Assembly (NCBI GenBank): GCA_022823365.1 | Contig: JAJDXG010000045.1 | Location: forward strand, 30,486-94,485 | Reading direction: 5' to 3' | DNA: 64,000 bases | Source of the DNA: Gemmatimonadota bacterium | Lineage (GTDB): Bacteria > Gemmatimonadota > Gemmatimonadetes > Longimicrobiales > Gaopeijiaceae | Shown: in pieces, positions 47,337 to 56,384 of the stretch | Numbering within the stretch: position 1 is the stretch's first letter | Layout: the number at the start of each line of letters is the position of its first letter | Translations under genes and position numbers: made by a program | Notes under the pieces: generated by a model | What the model was told of the DNA's origin: nothing | Seen by the model: the letters and a program-made list of their open reading frames with translations, nothing else | Database searches by the model: none

Positions 47337-49091
47337 ATGCGCGGCTTCACTATTCCACTCGCCATCCTGCTCGCCATCGCCGTCCATCCCCTCACCGCCC
47401 GGGCTCAGTCCTTCGACCTGCTGATTCGAGGGGGACGGGTGCTGGACGGCACTGGCAATCCCGCGTTCATCGCGGATGTGGGCGTCTCCGGAGGCGAGAT
47501 CGTCGCGGTGGGGGATCTGGCCGGTGCGAGCGCGGCCCGCGAGATCGACGCGACCGGGCTCCACATCACGCCCGGCTTCATCGACATGCACTCGCATGCC
47601 GACCGCAGCCTGTTCAACGGGGACATCGAGATCCGGCGCGCGTCCAATCTCGTCGCCCAGGGAATCACGACCGTCGTGTTCGGGCCGGACGGACGAAATC
47701 CCGTTTGGCCCCTCGAAGCCGAGATCGCGGGGTACGAGAACGGGGGCACGGCGCTGAACGTGATTCCGATGGTCGGCCACGCCACGGTTCGCACCGTCGC
47801 GATGGGCCACGACTACGAGCGCCACGCGACTCCGGAGGAGATCGCGGTGATGGTCGCCGAGGTCCGCCAGGGGATGGAGGCCGGAGCCTGGGGGCTGGGC
47901 GCCGGACCCGAGTACCGGCCCGGGCGCTTCTCCACGACCGAGGAGATCATCGCCCTGGCACACGTCGTCGCCGACTACGACGGCTTCTACTACTCCCACC
48001 AGCGCAGCCAGTCCCCGCTTCCGCTCTGGCTCACCCCGAGCATCGTGGACGAGTACACGCCGCCTCCGACCTGGCCGCGGGGCTGGAGGCTCACGGCCAC
48101 CGACGGCATGGGCGAGACCATTCGCATCGGGCGCGAAACCGGCATCCGCGTGGTGGGCACTCACATCAAGGCGAAAGGTCCGACCACATGGGGCCAGTCG
48201 GCGACCGACGTGGCCGCGATCAAGCGTGCCCGCGCCCAGGGCATCCAGGTCTACCTCGACCAGTACCCCTACGAGACCTTCGGCGGTGGTTCAGCGGAGG
48301 TGATTCCGGCGTGGTACTATGCGCCGCTGGGCGAGAGCCGCGCCGGCGGGCTGGACGACCCGAAGTGGCGGGTCATCAACAGCGAGCTCTTCGCGAACTA
48401 CAAGGACAACCTTCGCGCCCACCTGGGCGATCCGGAGATCTACCCCGAGATGGTCGCGGACATCGAGTACATCCTCGACCTCCAGGGCGGGGCCGACCGG
48501 CACGTAATCGTCATCGCGCCCCAGGACGAGTCACTCGTGGGGCGCACGCTGGCGGAGGTGGCCAAGGCCAGCGGGCGTACACCGGTGGAGCAGGTCATCC
48601 AGTTCGCGCTCGACAGCGAGCCTTCCGTCCGCTCCGGCGTGCGCTTCCGTCCGCTGGCCGGAAGCCCCGAGGATGTCGAGCGCTACATGCGGCAGGACTT
48701 TACCGCGACCGGCACCGACGGAGGAATCGTCCCCAGCCCGGCACCCGGCCAGCATCCCCGCTACTACGGGACGTATCCGCACAAGATCGCCACCTACGTC
48801 CGCGACAAGGGCACCATCACGCTGCCGTTCTTCGTCCGCTCCTCGACCGGCCTGCCCGCGCAGATCATCGGGCTCCCCGACCGCGGGTACATCCGCCCGG
48901 GACAAAAGGCCGACCTGGTCGCCTTCGATTATCCGCGGGTGCAGGACCACGCGACGATCATCAATCCGGCCGGCGGCAACGAGGGCATCGAGTACGTGTT
49001 CGTGAACGGTGAGGCGGTGGTCGACGGAGGCGAGCTGACGGGAGCCCTCCCCGGCCGGGTGCTACGGCGGCACGAGGTGCGCGGGCGGTAG
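47337..49091 (+). CDS. N-acyl-D-amino-acid deacylase (D-aminoacylase) family, signal peptide
   Basis: ORF 47130..49091, with the start moved to ATG 47337 after AGGGGAGGA. Signal MRGFTIPLAILLAIAVHPLTARA, then FDLLIRGGRVLDGTGNPAFIADVGVSGGEIVAVG and PGFIDMHSHAD. Confidence 0.85.
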   Translation: MRGFTIPLAILLAIAVHPLTARAQSFDLLIRGGRVLDGTGNPAFIADVGVSGGEIVAVGDLAGASAAREIDATGLHITPGFIDMHSHADRSLFNGDIEIRRASNLVAQGITTVVFGPDGRNPVWPLEAEIAGYENGGTALNVIPMVGHATVRTVAMGHDYERHATPEEIAVMVAEVRQGMEAGAWGLGAGPEYRPGRFSTTEEIIALAHVVADYDGFYYSHQRSQSPLPLWLTPSIVDEYTPPPTWPRGWRLTATDGMGETIRIGRETGIRVVGTHIKAKGPTTWGQSATDVAAIKRARAQGIQVYLDQYPYETFGGGSAEVIPAWYYAPLGESRAGGLDDPKWRVINSELFANYKDNLRAHLGDPEIYPEMVADIEYILDLQGGADRHVIVIAPQDESLVGRTLAEVAKASGRTPVEQVIQFALDSEPSVRSGVRFRPLAGSPEDVERYMRQDFTATGTDGGIVPSPAPGQHPRYYGTYPHKIATYVRDKGTITLPFFVRSSTGLPAQIIGLPDRGYIRPGQKADLVAFDYPRVQDHATIINPAGGNEGIEYVFVNGEAVVDGGELTGALPGRVLRRHEVRGR

Positions 49092-49096
49092 GCCCC

Positions 49097-50053
49097 TCAG
49101 GCCGTCCTGTCCATCGGATTCGCGGCGAAGGCGGCGCGCAGCTTCGGGTGCTTGCGCCACAGGTAGTATCCCATCCCGCCTGCGGCCAGCACGTTCGCGA
49201 ACGCGATCGACGTCCAGGCCAGGGGACCGAGCAGGAACTCGGCCCCGAGCGCGATAAAGCCCATGAAGGCGGCCTCGAATGCGACGAACAGGAGCACGGC
49301 GCCGAGCAGGAGCGGCGGCACTTCCTCCGCCTGCGTAAGGACGGCCGACGCGACCACCCCCATCACCGCGAACGCGGCGAGGTGCACGGCAGAGTAACCC
49401 ACCACCGCCCCCATGTGGATCGAGACGGCGTCGAGGTCGGTGACCCCGAGGAACAGGGCCGAGCCCAGCGCGCTGGGCGTGAAGAAGGGCTGCCCCGAAA
49501 CCGCGTCGAAGATCAGGAACCAGACCGCCACCACTGCCGCCCCGATCAGCCCCGCGACGATCCCCTCCGTCAGGATGTGCTGGCGGCGCATGATCGACCA
49601 CCAGCTGACCTCCGGCGCCGCCCCCATCATGTGCAGGTAGCCGACCAGCGTCACCCCGGCGATGAGATTGCCGGTCAGATACTCGAGCCACCCCAGATTC
49701 TCGACGATGTCCACTCCGGTAACCGCAACGCTGGCAAAGAACACCAGCTCGTACAGCACGAAACCGACGATCAGCCCCGCCAGCACGCCGGGCACCGCCC
49801 TGATTTTGCCCAGCAGCCAGGCTACCGCCACCCCGGCCAGCGCGAAGAGCGCCAGGTGAATCACGGAGTACAGCACGATGTTGCCGGCAGTCACGACGAC
49901 CGTATCACGACCCAGGAGGGCGGCTTCCAGGAACGCCGGGGTGCGGAAGGGCTGACCCTGTGAGGCGTCGATGGCCAGAAACCACAGCGCCATCGCAACG
50001 GCGCCGAGCATGCCCGACAGGGCCCCGGGATAGAAGAACCGTTTCACGAACAT
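49097..50053 (-). CDS. hypothetical polytopic membrane protein with internal duplication
   Basis: 318 aa. The two halves align, for example LGAVAMALWFLAIDASQGQPFRTPAFLEAALLG against LIGAAVVAVWFLIFDAVSGQPFFTPSALGSALFLG. Confidence 0.6.
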   Translation of the reverse strand: MFVKRFFYPGALSGMLGAVAMALWFLAIDASQGQPFRTPAFLEAALLGRDTVVVTAGNIVLYSVIHLALFALAGVAVAWLLGKIRAVPGVLAGLIVGFVLYELVFFASVAVTGVDIVENLGWLEYLTGNLIAGVTLVGYLHMMGAAPEVSWWSIMRRQHILTEGIVAGLIGAAVVAVWFLIFDAVSGQPFFTPSALGSALFLGVTDLDAVSIHMGAVVGYSAVHLAAFAVMGVVASAVLTQAEEVPPLLLGAVLLFVAFEAAFMGFIALGAEFLLGPLAWTSIAFANVLAAGGMGYYLWRKHPKLRAAFAANPMDRTA

Positions 50054-50185
50054 GGACCGCCTCCTTCAGTTGGGCCGGCGGGAACCGGCGTCCCCGAACG
50101 CTCGACATAGCCCATGGCTATCCGTGACGTTGGGCCCGCCTTGCCGGTTGCCGCAAGAGCAGCCAGGGCCGTGCATCCACCAGAA

Positions 50186-50221
50186 AGCCCTGACCGCGCC
50201 GCATCGGGCACGGTCAGGGCT
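50186..50221 (-). terminator. candidate intrinsic terminator after the cytochrome oxidase genes
   Basis: On the minus strand, AGCCCTGACCG-(14 nt)-CGGTCAGGGCT is followed by TTCTGG. The stem is a perfect 11 bp. It lies about 63 nt downstream of the subunit IV stop. Confidence 0.45.
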
Positions 50222-50283
50222 TGTCGGAACCCGGGAAAGGAGGCGCGCGGCTTGCGTGCCGCGGCTTCCCCGCCGTCAGCCGA

Positions 50284-50550
50284 TCAGAATTCCGTCAGCA
50301 CGGCGATCACCAGAATCACCGCCAGCGGCAGCGGGCTCGCGGCCAGGATCCACAGCCGTTTGGGCTCGAACTTCAGGTGCATGTAGTAGAGCGCCACCAG
50401 CAGGGCCTTCCAGAGCGCCATGAGGATCAGACCCGTGGCGAGCAGCCACTGCGGGAGGGCGAGAAACGCGTACCCCACCTCGGCCATCGTCAGAACGAAA
50501 AGTATGAACCAGATCAGGAAGTATCTGGGTTCTTGCCCGTTGCCTGCCAT
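50284..50550 (-). CDS. cytochrome c oxidase subunit IV (prokaryotic small subunit)
   Basis: 88 aa with three TM helices. LVALYYMHLK is typical of bacterial CoxIV/CtaF-like proteins. Directly follows subunit III. Confidence 0.75.
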   Translation of the reverse strand: MAGNGQEPRYFLIWFILFVLTMAEVGYAFLALPQWLLATGLILMALWKALLVALYYMHLKFEPKRLWILAASPLPLAVILVIAVLTEF

Positions 50551-50593
50551 CCGGGTGTCTCCTTGGTTTCCAGGCGGCGATCCGCCCCGATGA

Positions 50594-51229
50594 TCAGATC
50601 AGGTAAACGATGGTGAACAGGATGATCCACACCAGGTCCACGAAGTGCCAGTAGAGACCCATGATCTCCACCGCCCCGTAGTTGTCCGCAGAGTACTTGC
50701 CCTGCCACGCCCGGTACAGCACGAACCACATGCACAGAATCCCGATGGTGACGTGGGTCCCGTGGAATCCGGTCATCGTGTAGAACGTGGCTCCGTACAG
50801 GGCGGCTCCCTCGATTTCGTGGGCCACTCCGTACAGCTCCACCATGGGAACGAATCCCTCCCGGGCCAGGATGATGTACTCGACCACCTGAACCCCGACG
50901 AAGAAGGTGCCCAGCAGAATCGTCACCAGGAGCCAGAACCGGAGTCCCTTCTGGTCGCCCTGCGTGATCGCGGCGTAGGCCTTGACCATCGACACGCTCG
51001 AGCAGATCAGCACAAACGTGTTGAATGCCGTGAGCGGCACGTTGAGCACTGCACCGGGCTCGGCGAAATGATCCGGGTGGGCGAATCGGAGGATGATGTA
51101 GGACCCGATCAGGGCCGTGAAGAACATCACTTCCGACAGCAGGAAGATCCACATTCCCAGCTTTACGTTGTAGACCATCATCCCGGGCATGGGATGCCGG
51201 TCGGCTGTCGATGCGGCTGGTTGGCTCAT
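50594..51229 (-). CDS. ctaE: cytochrome c oxidase subunit III
   Basis: GMWIFLLSEVMFF, FYTMTGFHGTHVTIG and YWHFVDLVWI are subunit III signatures. Confidence 0.9.
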   Translation of the reverse strand: MSQPAASTADRHPMPGMMVYNVKLGMWIFLLSEVMFFTALIGSYIILRFAHPDHFAEPGAVLNVPLTAFNTFVLICSSVSMVKAYAAITQGDQKGLRFWLLVTILLGTFFVGVQVVEYIILAREGFVPMVELYGVAHEIEGAALYGATFYTMTGFHGTHVTIGILCMWFVLYRAWQGKYSADNYGAVEIMGLYWHFVDLVWIILFTIVYLI

Positions 51230-51306
51230 GCGTCAGCTATCTCCTGAAGTTCCAGATCACTGGAGGGAATGCGGTTCGGCCAGCGAAACGACGACGGGCA
51301 TCGGGT

Positions 51307-53067
51307 CTAGTCCGCTACCGGCTGGGGTTCGAGCGCGGGCGCGGCGGTCTCGCGGGGCGGGGGCGCGTCCTGCAGCCAGTAGTCCTCTTCCACATCCGGC
51401 GCGGAGTACTCGTAGGGCCCGCGGTAGACGATGGGCACCAGCTCGAAGTTGCCGTGCGGCGGCGGCGACGGCACCGTCCACTCCAGGGAGTTGGCGTGCC
51501 ACGGGTTGTTGCCGGCCTTTTTCCCCTTCCAGATGCTGATGATGAAGTTGAGGGCGTAGATCGCCTGAACCGCCACCAGCGCGAACACGCACACCGTGAT
51601 GAACTGGTTGATGGGCTGCAGGGGCTGCAGGAACTCGTACTGAGTGGGGTCGTAGATGCGCCGCATGTGTCCCTGGATCCCGATCGAGTGCATGGGCCAG
51701 AACACCAGGTTGTAGAGGATCAGCGTCAGCCAGAAGTGGATCCTGCCCCATTTCTCGTTCATGAGGCGGCCGAACATCTTCGGATACCAGAACGTGATGC
51801 CCGCGAAGATCGCGAACAGGCTGCCGCCGAAGAGCACGTAGTGGATGTGCGCCACGATGAAGTAGGTGTCGTGGATGTAGACGTCGACCGGGGTCGAGGC
51901 CATGAACACGCCGGAGAGCCCGCCGATGATGAACATCGACACGAAGCCCAGGGCGTGCAGCATGGGGGTGTGCAGGTGGATGTTCCCCTTGTAGATGGTC
52001 CCCAGCCAGTTGAACACCTTGATGGCGGACGGCACCGCGATGACCATGGTCGTGATCATGAAGGTGGTGCCGAGCATCGGGTTCATGCCGCTCTGGAACA
52101 TGTGGTGACCCCACACGATCCATGACAGGAAGGCGATGGAGACGATCGCCAGCACCATGGCGTGGTAGCCGAAGACGGGCTTGCGCGCGCCGTTGGCCAG
52201 CACGTCCGAGGTGATGCCCATTGCGGGCAGGATGAGGATGTAGACCTCCGGGTGCCCGAAGAACCAGAACAGGTGCTGCCAGAGGAGCGGCTCGCCGTCG
52301 CTGGCCGGCAGGAAGAACCCGGTCCCGATGGTCTGGTCGAAGAGCAGCATGATCAGCGCGCCCGCCAGGATCGGGATCGCCAGCAGGATCAGGATCGCGG
52401 TGATGAAGAGTGCCCAGGTGGCCAGCGGCATCCGGAACCAGGTCATCCCGGGCGCGCGCATGTTGATGATGGTCGTGATGTAGTTGACCGCCCCCGCGAG
52501 CGATGCGAAGCCCAGGATGGTGAGGCTGATCAGCCAGAGCTGCTGCCCCAGGTAGACGCCGGTGTACTCACCGCTCGCGCTGAGCGGGGCGTACGACGTC
52601 CATCCGGCTCCGGCGGCGCCTCCCTCGACCGCGAAGCTCGCCAGCATCAGCAGTCCGGCGGGGAAGGCCATCCAGAACGACGCCATGTTGAGGCGCGGGA
52701 AGGCCATGTCGTCGGCGCCGATCTGGAGCGGGATCAGCAGGTTGCCGAAGACCCCCACCAGCAGCGGCATGATCGCGAAGAAGATCATGATGGTGCCGTG
52801 CATGGTGACCAGCGAGTTGTAGAACTCGGGCAGCATGATGGCGCCGGCGGGCGTGGGGGCCATCATCTCGTCCGGCAGGAGCATGCCACCGGGCATGGGC
52901 TCGCTCGGAAACCCCAGCTGCCACCGGATCATCGCTGCCAGCAATCCTCCCACGACCAGGAAGAACAGGCTCATCAGCAGGAACTGGATGGCGATGATCT
53001 TGTGGTCGGTCGAGAAGACGTAACGCCGAATCCACGGCATCTCGTGGGCGTGCCCGTGCGCGTCCAT
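51307..53067 (-). CDS. ctaD: cytochrome c oxidase subunit I (heme-copper oxidase, A-type)
   Basis: STDHKIIAIQF, WFFGHPEVYILILPAMG, VWGHHMF and FIVAHIHYVLFGG are canonical subunit I motifs. Confidence 0.95.
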   Translation of the reverse strand: MDAHGHAHEMPWIRRYVFSTDHKIIAIQFLLMSLFFLVVGGLLAAMIRWQLGFPSEPMPGGMLLPDEMMAPTPAGAIMLPEFYNSLVTMHGTIMIFFAIMPLLVGVFGNLLIPLQIGADDMAFPRLNMASFWMAFPAGLLMLASFAVEGGAAGAGWTSYAPLSASGEYTGVYLGQQLWLISLTILGFASLAGAVNYITTIINMRAPGMTWFRMPLATWALFITAILILLAIPILAGALIMLLFDQTIGTGFFLPASDGEPLLWQHLFWFFGHPEVYILILPAMGITSDVLANGARKPVFGYHAMVLAIVSIAFLSWIVWGHHMFQSGMNPMLGTTFMITTMVIAVPSAIKVFNWLGTIYKGNIHLHTPMLHALGFVSMFIIGGLSGVFMASTPVDVYIHDTYFIVAHIHYVLFGGSLFAIFAGITFWYPKMFGRLMNEKWGRIHFWLTLILYNLVFWPMHSIGIQGHMRRIYDPTQYEFLQPLQPINQFITVCVFALVAVQAIYALNFIISIWKGKKAGNNPWHANSLEWTVPSPPPHGNFELVPIVYRGPYEYSAPDVEEDYWLQDAPPPRETAAPALEPQPVAD

Positions 53068-53769
53068 CTACTGGTCCTCCTGATCGTCGGCGTCGTCAGC
53101 GTCGTCGGCGTCCGCGCTCTGGGAGGCGACCCACGCGTCGAATTCGGTCGCCTCGTATACGTTGAGGGTCCCCCCCATGGTCGTATGCAGATTACCGCAG
53201 AGTTCGGCGCAACCGATGGGATACGCGCCCGCGGCGGTCGCCTCGAACCAGACGGTGATGTCCATCCCCGGAACCGCGTCCTGCTTCACCCGCATCTCGG
53301 GCAGGAAGAACGAGTGCAGCACGTCCTCCGACCGGAGGGTGATGTTGACCGCCTGGTTCACCGGGACATGCATGATGTTGATGGTCGAGATGTCGTCGGC
53401 GGTGCCGGTGACCCCGTCCGCGCCCGCGTAGGTGATCTCCCACTCGAACTGCTTCGCGTTGACGATGTAGTCGAGGGCGTCGGCGGGCACGCTGTCCGGG
53501 TTCTTCATCATGTTCCACGAAGGGATGCTGATGAAAGCCAGGCCCAGCACGGCGATGAAGGGGACGGTGGTCCAGATGATCTCCGCCTTCGTCGACCCGT
53601 GGATGTAGGTGGCCTTCTGCCCGTCGCGCCGCCGGTAGCGGATGACGAAATAGACCAGGAGCGCCTCGGTGATCACGAAAACGATTCCCGTGACCACGAG
53701 GATCGCGTAGTACAGGAAGTCGACGTCCGGCCCAAAGGTCGAGTAACTGTCGGGGAGCATCCAGCTCAT
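53068..53769 (-). CDS. ctaC: cytochrome c oxidase subunit II (CuA, no fused cytochrome c)
   Basis: Two N-terminal TM helices, SEDVLHSFFLPE, and the CuA site CAELCGNLHTTM. Acidic tail ADADDADDADDQEDQ. AGGAGAA precedes the ATG at 53769. Confidence 0.9.
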   Translation of the reverse strand: MSWMLPDSYSTFGPDVDFLYYAILVVTGIVFVITEALLVYFVIRYRRRDGQKATYIHGSTKAEIIWTTVPFIAVLGLAFISIPSWNMMKNPDSVPADALDYIVNAKQFEWEITYAGADGVTGTADDISTINIMHVPVNQAVNITLRSEDVLHSFFLPEMRVKQDAVPGMDITVWFEATAAGAYPIGCAELCGNLHTTMGGTLNVYEATEFDAWVASQSADADDADDADDQEDQ

Positions 53770-53883
53770 GTTGGTGTTCTCCTGCTCGCTGCCGGGGGTG
53801 ATGCCGACCGGGCGGGGTACCCGGCCGCGTACCGGACCGGCGCCCCCGGGGGGAGGCGCCGGCCCGTCCTCGGCGCTTCGTGT

Positions 53884-54762
53884 CTAATGGGTCGCGGGAG
53901 CGAGAGCGTGGGCTCCGGGACCGTGCGGATCGATCGGCTCGCCCATCGGCACCACTGCGTTGGCCGCCATGGCTTCCGAGAAGGAGAAGCTCACCATCGC
54001 GGTCTCGCCGGTGGTGACGGTGACGCTTGCGGTCTGCGTGCCGTAGCGCTCGTGCCAGGCCTCGACCACGTAATCGCCGGGCGGGAGCATGCCCAGGTCG
54101 GCGCCTCCCGCCATGTCCGTGACCCCGTGGAAGGGGTGGTCCAGCACGCCCACGTAGGCGCTCATCCAGCCGTGCACGTCGCAGCGCACCGGGACCATCA
54201 CCTCCGCCAGCGGGAAGCTGCGGTTGGTGTCCATGTTCACCGGCTGGCTGATGTTGAAGCCGCGGTTTTCGCTGGGCGATGCGTTGATGTTGTGGGGCAG
54301 GCCGTCCGAGTTGCGGAAGGTGAGGTCCTGTCCCGCCTGCACGCCCACGACCCGGGGCACGTAGCGGCAGCCGACCTGGTCCATCACCACCGCGCCGCCC
54401 GGGGTGGGGAAGCTCATGCCCGCGTCGAGGCCTTCCCTGACGTAGACGAAGACGTTGGCCAGGCCGCCGCCGTCACCCACCACGACCTCCTCGGTCATCG
54501 GGGCATCGGTGTACCGGGCCGCGCAATTCGGCTCGGACGCCATGTCGATCGCATCCATTTCGGGCGCCATGCCCTCGAACATCACCATTGCGTTGATGCC
54601 GCCCGCGGTGGCCATGTCGACGGGAGAGGCCATCTCCTCGCCAGCGGCCTCTTCCTCCATGCCGCCGCCGGCCTCACCGCCACCGCCGCCGCCGCAGGCG
54701 ATCGCAAACACCGCAGCCGCCGCCATCACCATGGCCCGGCCGCATCCGAACAGGTCTCTCAT
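53884..54762 (-). CDS. cupredoxin (type-1 copper-like) lipoprotein with C-terminal CarboxypepD_reg-like domain
   Basis: Lipobox AIACGG after ATG 54762, which is preceded by GGAGGAAGG. Candidate T1Cu ligands are SDGLPHN and CDVHGWM (C-x2-H-x2-M). The C-terminal GDYVVEAWHERYG..VTV looks like an Ig-like domain. Confidence 0.65.
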   Translation of the reverse strand: MRDLFGCGRAMVMAAAAVFAIACGGGGGGEAGGGMEEEAAGEEMASPVDMATAGGINAMVMFEGMAPEMDAIDMASEPNCAARYTDAPMTEEVVVGDGGGLANVFVYVREGLDAGMSFPTPGGAVVMDQVGCRYVPRVVGVQAGQDLTFRNSDGLPHNINASPSENRGFNISQPVNMDTNRSFPLAEVMVPVRCDVHGWMSAYVGVLDHPFHGVTDMAGGADLGMLPPGDYVVEAWHERYGTQTASVTVTTGETAMVSFSFSEAMAANAVVPMGEPIDPHGPGAHALAPATH

Positions 54763-54797
54763 TCCTTCCTCCGTGGTGCTATTTGAAACATCGATGT

Positions 54798-56384
54798 CTA
54801 CGCGTCGCCCTCATCCGCGCCCTCGGCGCCTTCCCGCTCACGCCTCTGGGCCCGGGCTACCACCAGCACGCCCAGCCCGGCGGTGAGCAGCGTCGCGATG
54901 AGCGGCGCGACCACCACGGTGGCTGGCGTCGGTTCCTGCAGAAAAATGTAATGCCATGAGCTGATCGAGCCCCGGGTTCCTGTTTCTCCGTTGTCGCCGT
55001 CCCACGCCGCGAAACCGACGGGCACCGGCTCGCCGATGCGGAACTGCAGATCGCCCGGATCCTCGTTCTCAAGAACGCGGCGGAACATAACAGCCCAGCG
55101 CCCCGCCGAAAACGCCGCCTCCGACACGAGCGACTGGCTGGCGTCGCCCTGGGGGGCCATGGTGCCCAGCCCGCGGGCGTCCGCCTCCTGCGCGCCGTCC
55201 GCCGTGCTCTCCCAGTGCCACAGGTACACGGGCTCCAGCGGATCTCCCAGGAGGAAATAGGGCTTGTCCATCCCCTCCGGGATTTCCATCGGGAACTGGA
55301 GGTACAGGCCGTCGGGTCTGGGACCCGGCTCCATGTCGCCCTCGTCGGGTCCCACCGCCGCCAGGACCTGGGCCTGGAAGCCGGCCCAGGCGGTATCGGG
55401 GCTCTCGGAATGGTCGCTCCAGGACACGTGCACGGCGAGTTCGCCGCCATCGTGCAGGGCGCGCACCCACAGCCCAGCCACCTGCGGGACAAACCAGCGC
55501 GGGCTCTCGATGATCTGCCCGCCCATGGGGATATAAAACGCCTCCGCCGACTCCCAAAGCGGGTCGTCGACGCCCTCCGGAAGGGGCGCGTCCTCGACCA
55601 GGCCGGCCCGGATCACCTCGGTGATGCCCGGCGGGTCCTCGGGAGCGAAGCTGCGCACGTAGTGCGCGAGGTTCCACAACTGTTCGTCGGTGATGACCCC
55701 GGCGTCGATCAGGTCGGTGAACGACGGCATCGGCGTGCCGTCCAGACCGGTGCGCAGCCGCTGGTAGATGTCCTCGACCGTGCCGCCGCCGTTGAAATAC
55801 CAGTTCTCGGTCAGGTCCGCCGAGTAGGTGGGCATTCCCGAGTCGTCAACGAGCGTCGGAGAGGAGGTGCCGTCGCCCCTCCCGTCGATGCCGTGGCAGC
55901 GATTGCACTCGATGAGCTCGTATACCTCCCGCCCGTCGGCGAGCGCTTCTTCGGTGGCGCGCGTCGGGCTGCTGAAGGTCAGCGGCTCGGGGGCCTCGCC
56001 GGCGGCGAAGAACCGGGAGAAGCTCTTGAGGTAGTCGACGAGCGCCAGCCTCTCCTCGAGGCTGAGCTCTTCCTCCCATCCGGGCATGGTCGTGCCCGGC
56101 ATGCCTTCGTTGATGACGCGCATGATGTCGTCGTCGGTGGGAAGCTGCCCGCTCGCGGTGGTACGGATCTGATAGAGCGCCTGGGTGAAGTCGCGCGGGC
56201 GCGGCAGCATCCAGGTCGCCGCGTAGCCGTCGCCGAGGCCTTCGTAGCCGTGGCACGACGCGCACCAGCGGTCGTAGACGTCGCGCCCCAGCGCGTTCTC
56301 TTCCTGGGCGGCGAGAGGGGCCGACGCGGCGCACGTCACAGCCGCCGCAAGTACGAAACCGGGGATCATCGCTCGCGCCCGCAT
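54798..56384 (-). CDS. diheme cytochrome c fused to an EB_dh (ethylbenzene-dehydrogenase gamma / DOMON-like) heme-binding domain, C-terminal TM anchor
   Basis: Two CxxCH sites (CASCH, CNRCH). The EB_dh-like pattern follows: WVRALHDGGELAVHVSWSD, YLQFP, VYLWHW, AAFSAGRWAVMFRR and VGFAAWDGDNGE. The ATG overlaps the upstream stop (TGATG at 56382..56386). Confidence 0.75.
   Translation of the reverse strand: MRARAMIPGFVLAAAVTCAASAPLAAQEENALGRDVYDRWCASCHGYEGLGDGYAATWMLPRPRDFTQALYQIRTTASGQLPTDDDIMRVINEGMPGTTMPGWEEELSLEERLALVDYLKSFSRFFAAGEAPEPLTFSSPTRATEEALADGREVYELIECNRCHGIDGRGDGTSSPTLVDDSGMPTYSADLTENWYFNGGGTVEDIYQRLRTGLDGTPMPSFTDLIDAGVITDEQLWNLAHYVRSFAPEDPPGITEVIRAGLVEDAPLPEGVDDPLWESAEAFYIPMGGQIIESPRWFVPQVAGLWVRALHDGGELAVHVSWSDHSESPDTAWAGFQAQVLAAVGPDEGDMEPGPRPDGLYLQFPMEIPEGMDKPYFLLGDPLEPVYLWHWESTADGAQEADARGLGTMAPQGDASQSLVSEAAFSAGRWAVMFRRVLENEDPGDLQFRIGEPVPVGFAAWDGDNGETGTRGSISSWHYIFLQEPTPATVVVAPLIATLLTAGLGVLVVARAQRREREGAEGADEGDA

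Noticed and set aside
53837-53862. Strong GC hairpin CCGGCGCC-(10 nt)-GGCGCCGG between the cupredoxin gene and ctaC, considered as a terminator
   Set aside because: No U-tract follows on the transcribed (minus) strand. It sits inside an apparently continuous operon, so it is more likely a processing or stability element, or fortuitous.
52162-54786. 874-aa plus-strand ORF
   Set aside because: It runs antisense to ctaD, ctaC and the cupredoxin gene. Its composition is dominated by R/G/D/H/P with no motifs, while the minus-strand genes have canonical oxidase signatures.
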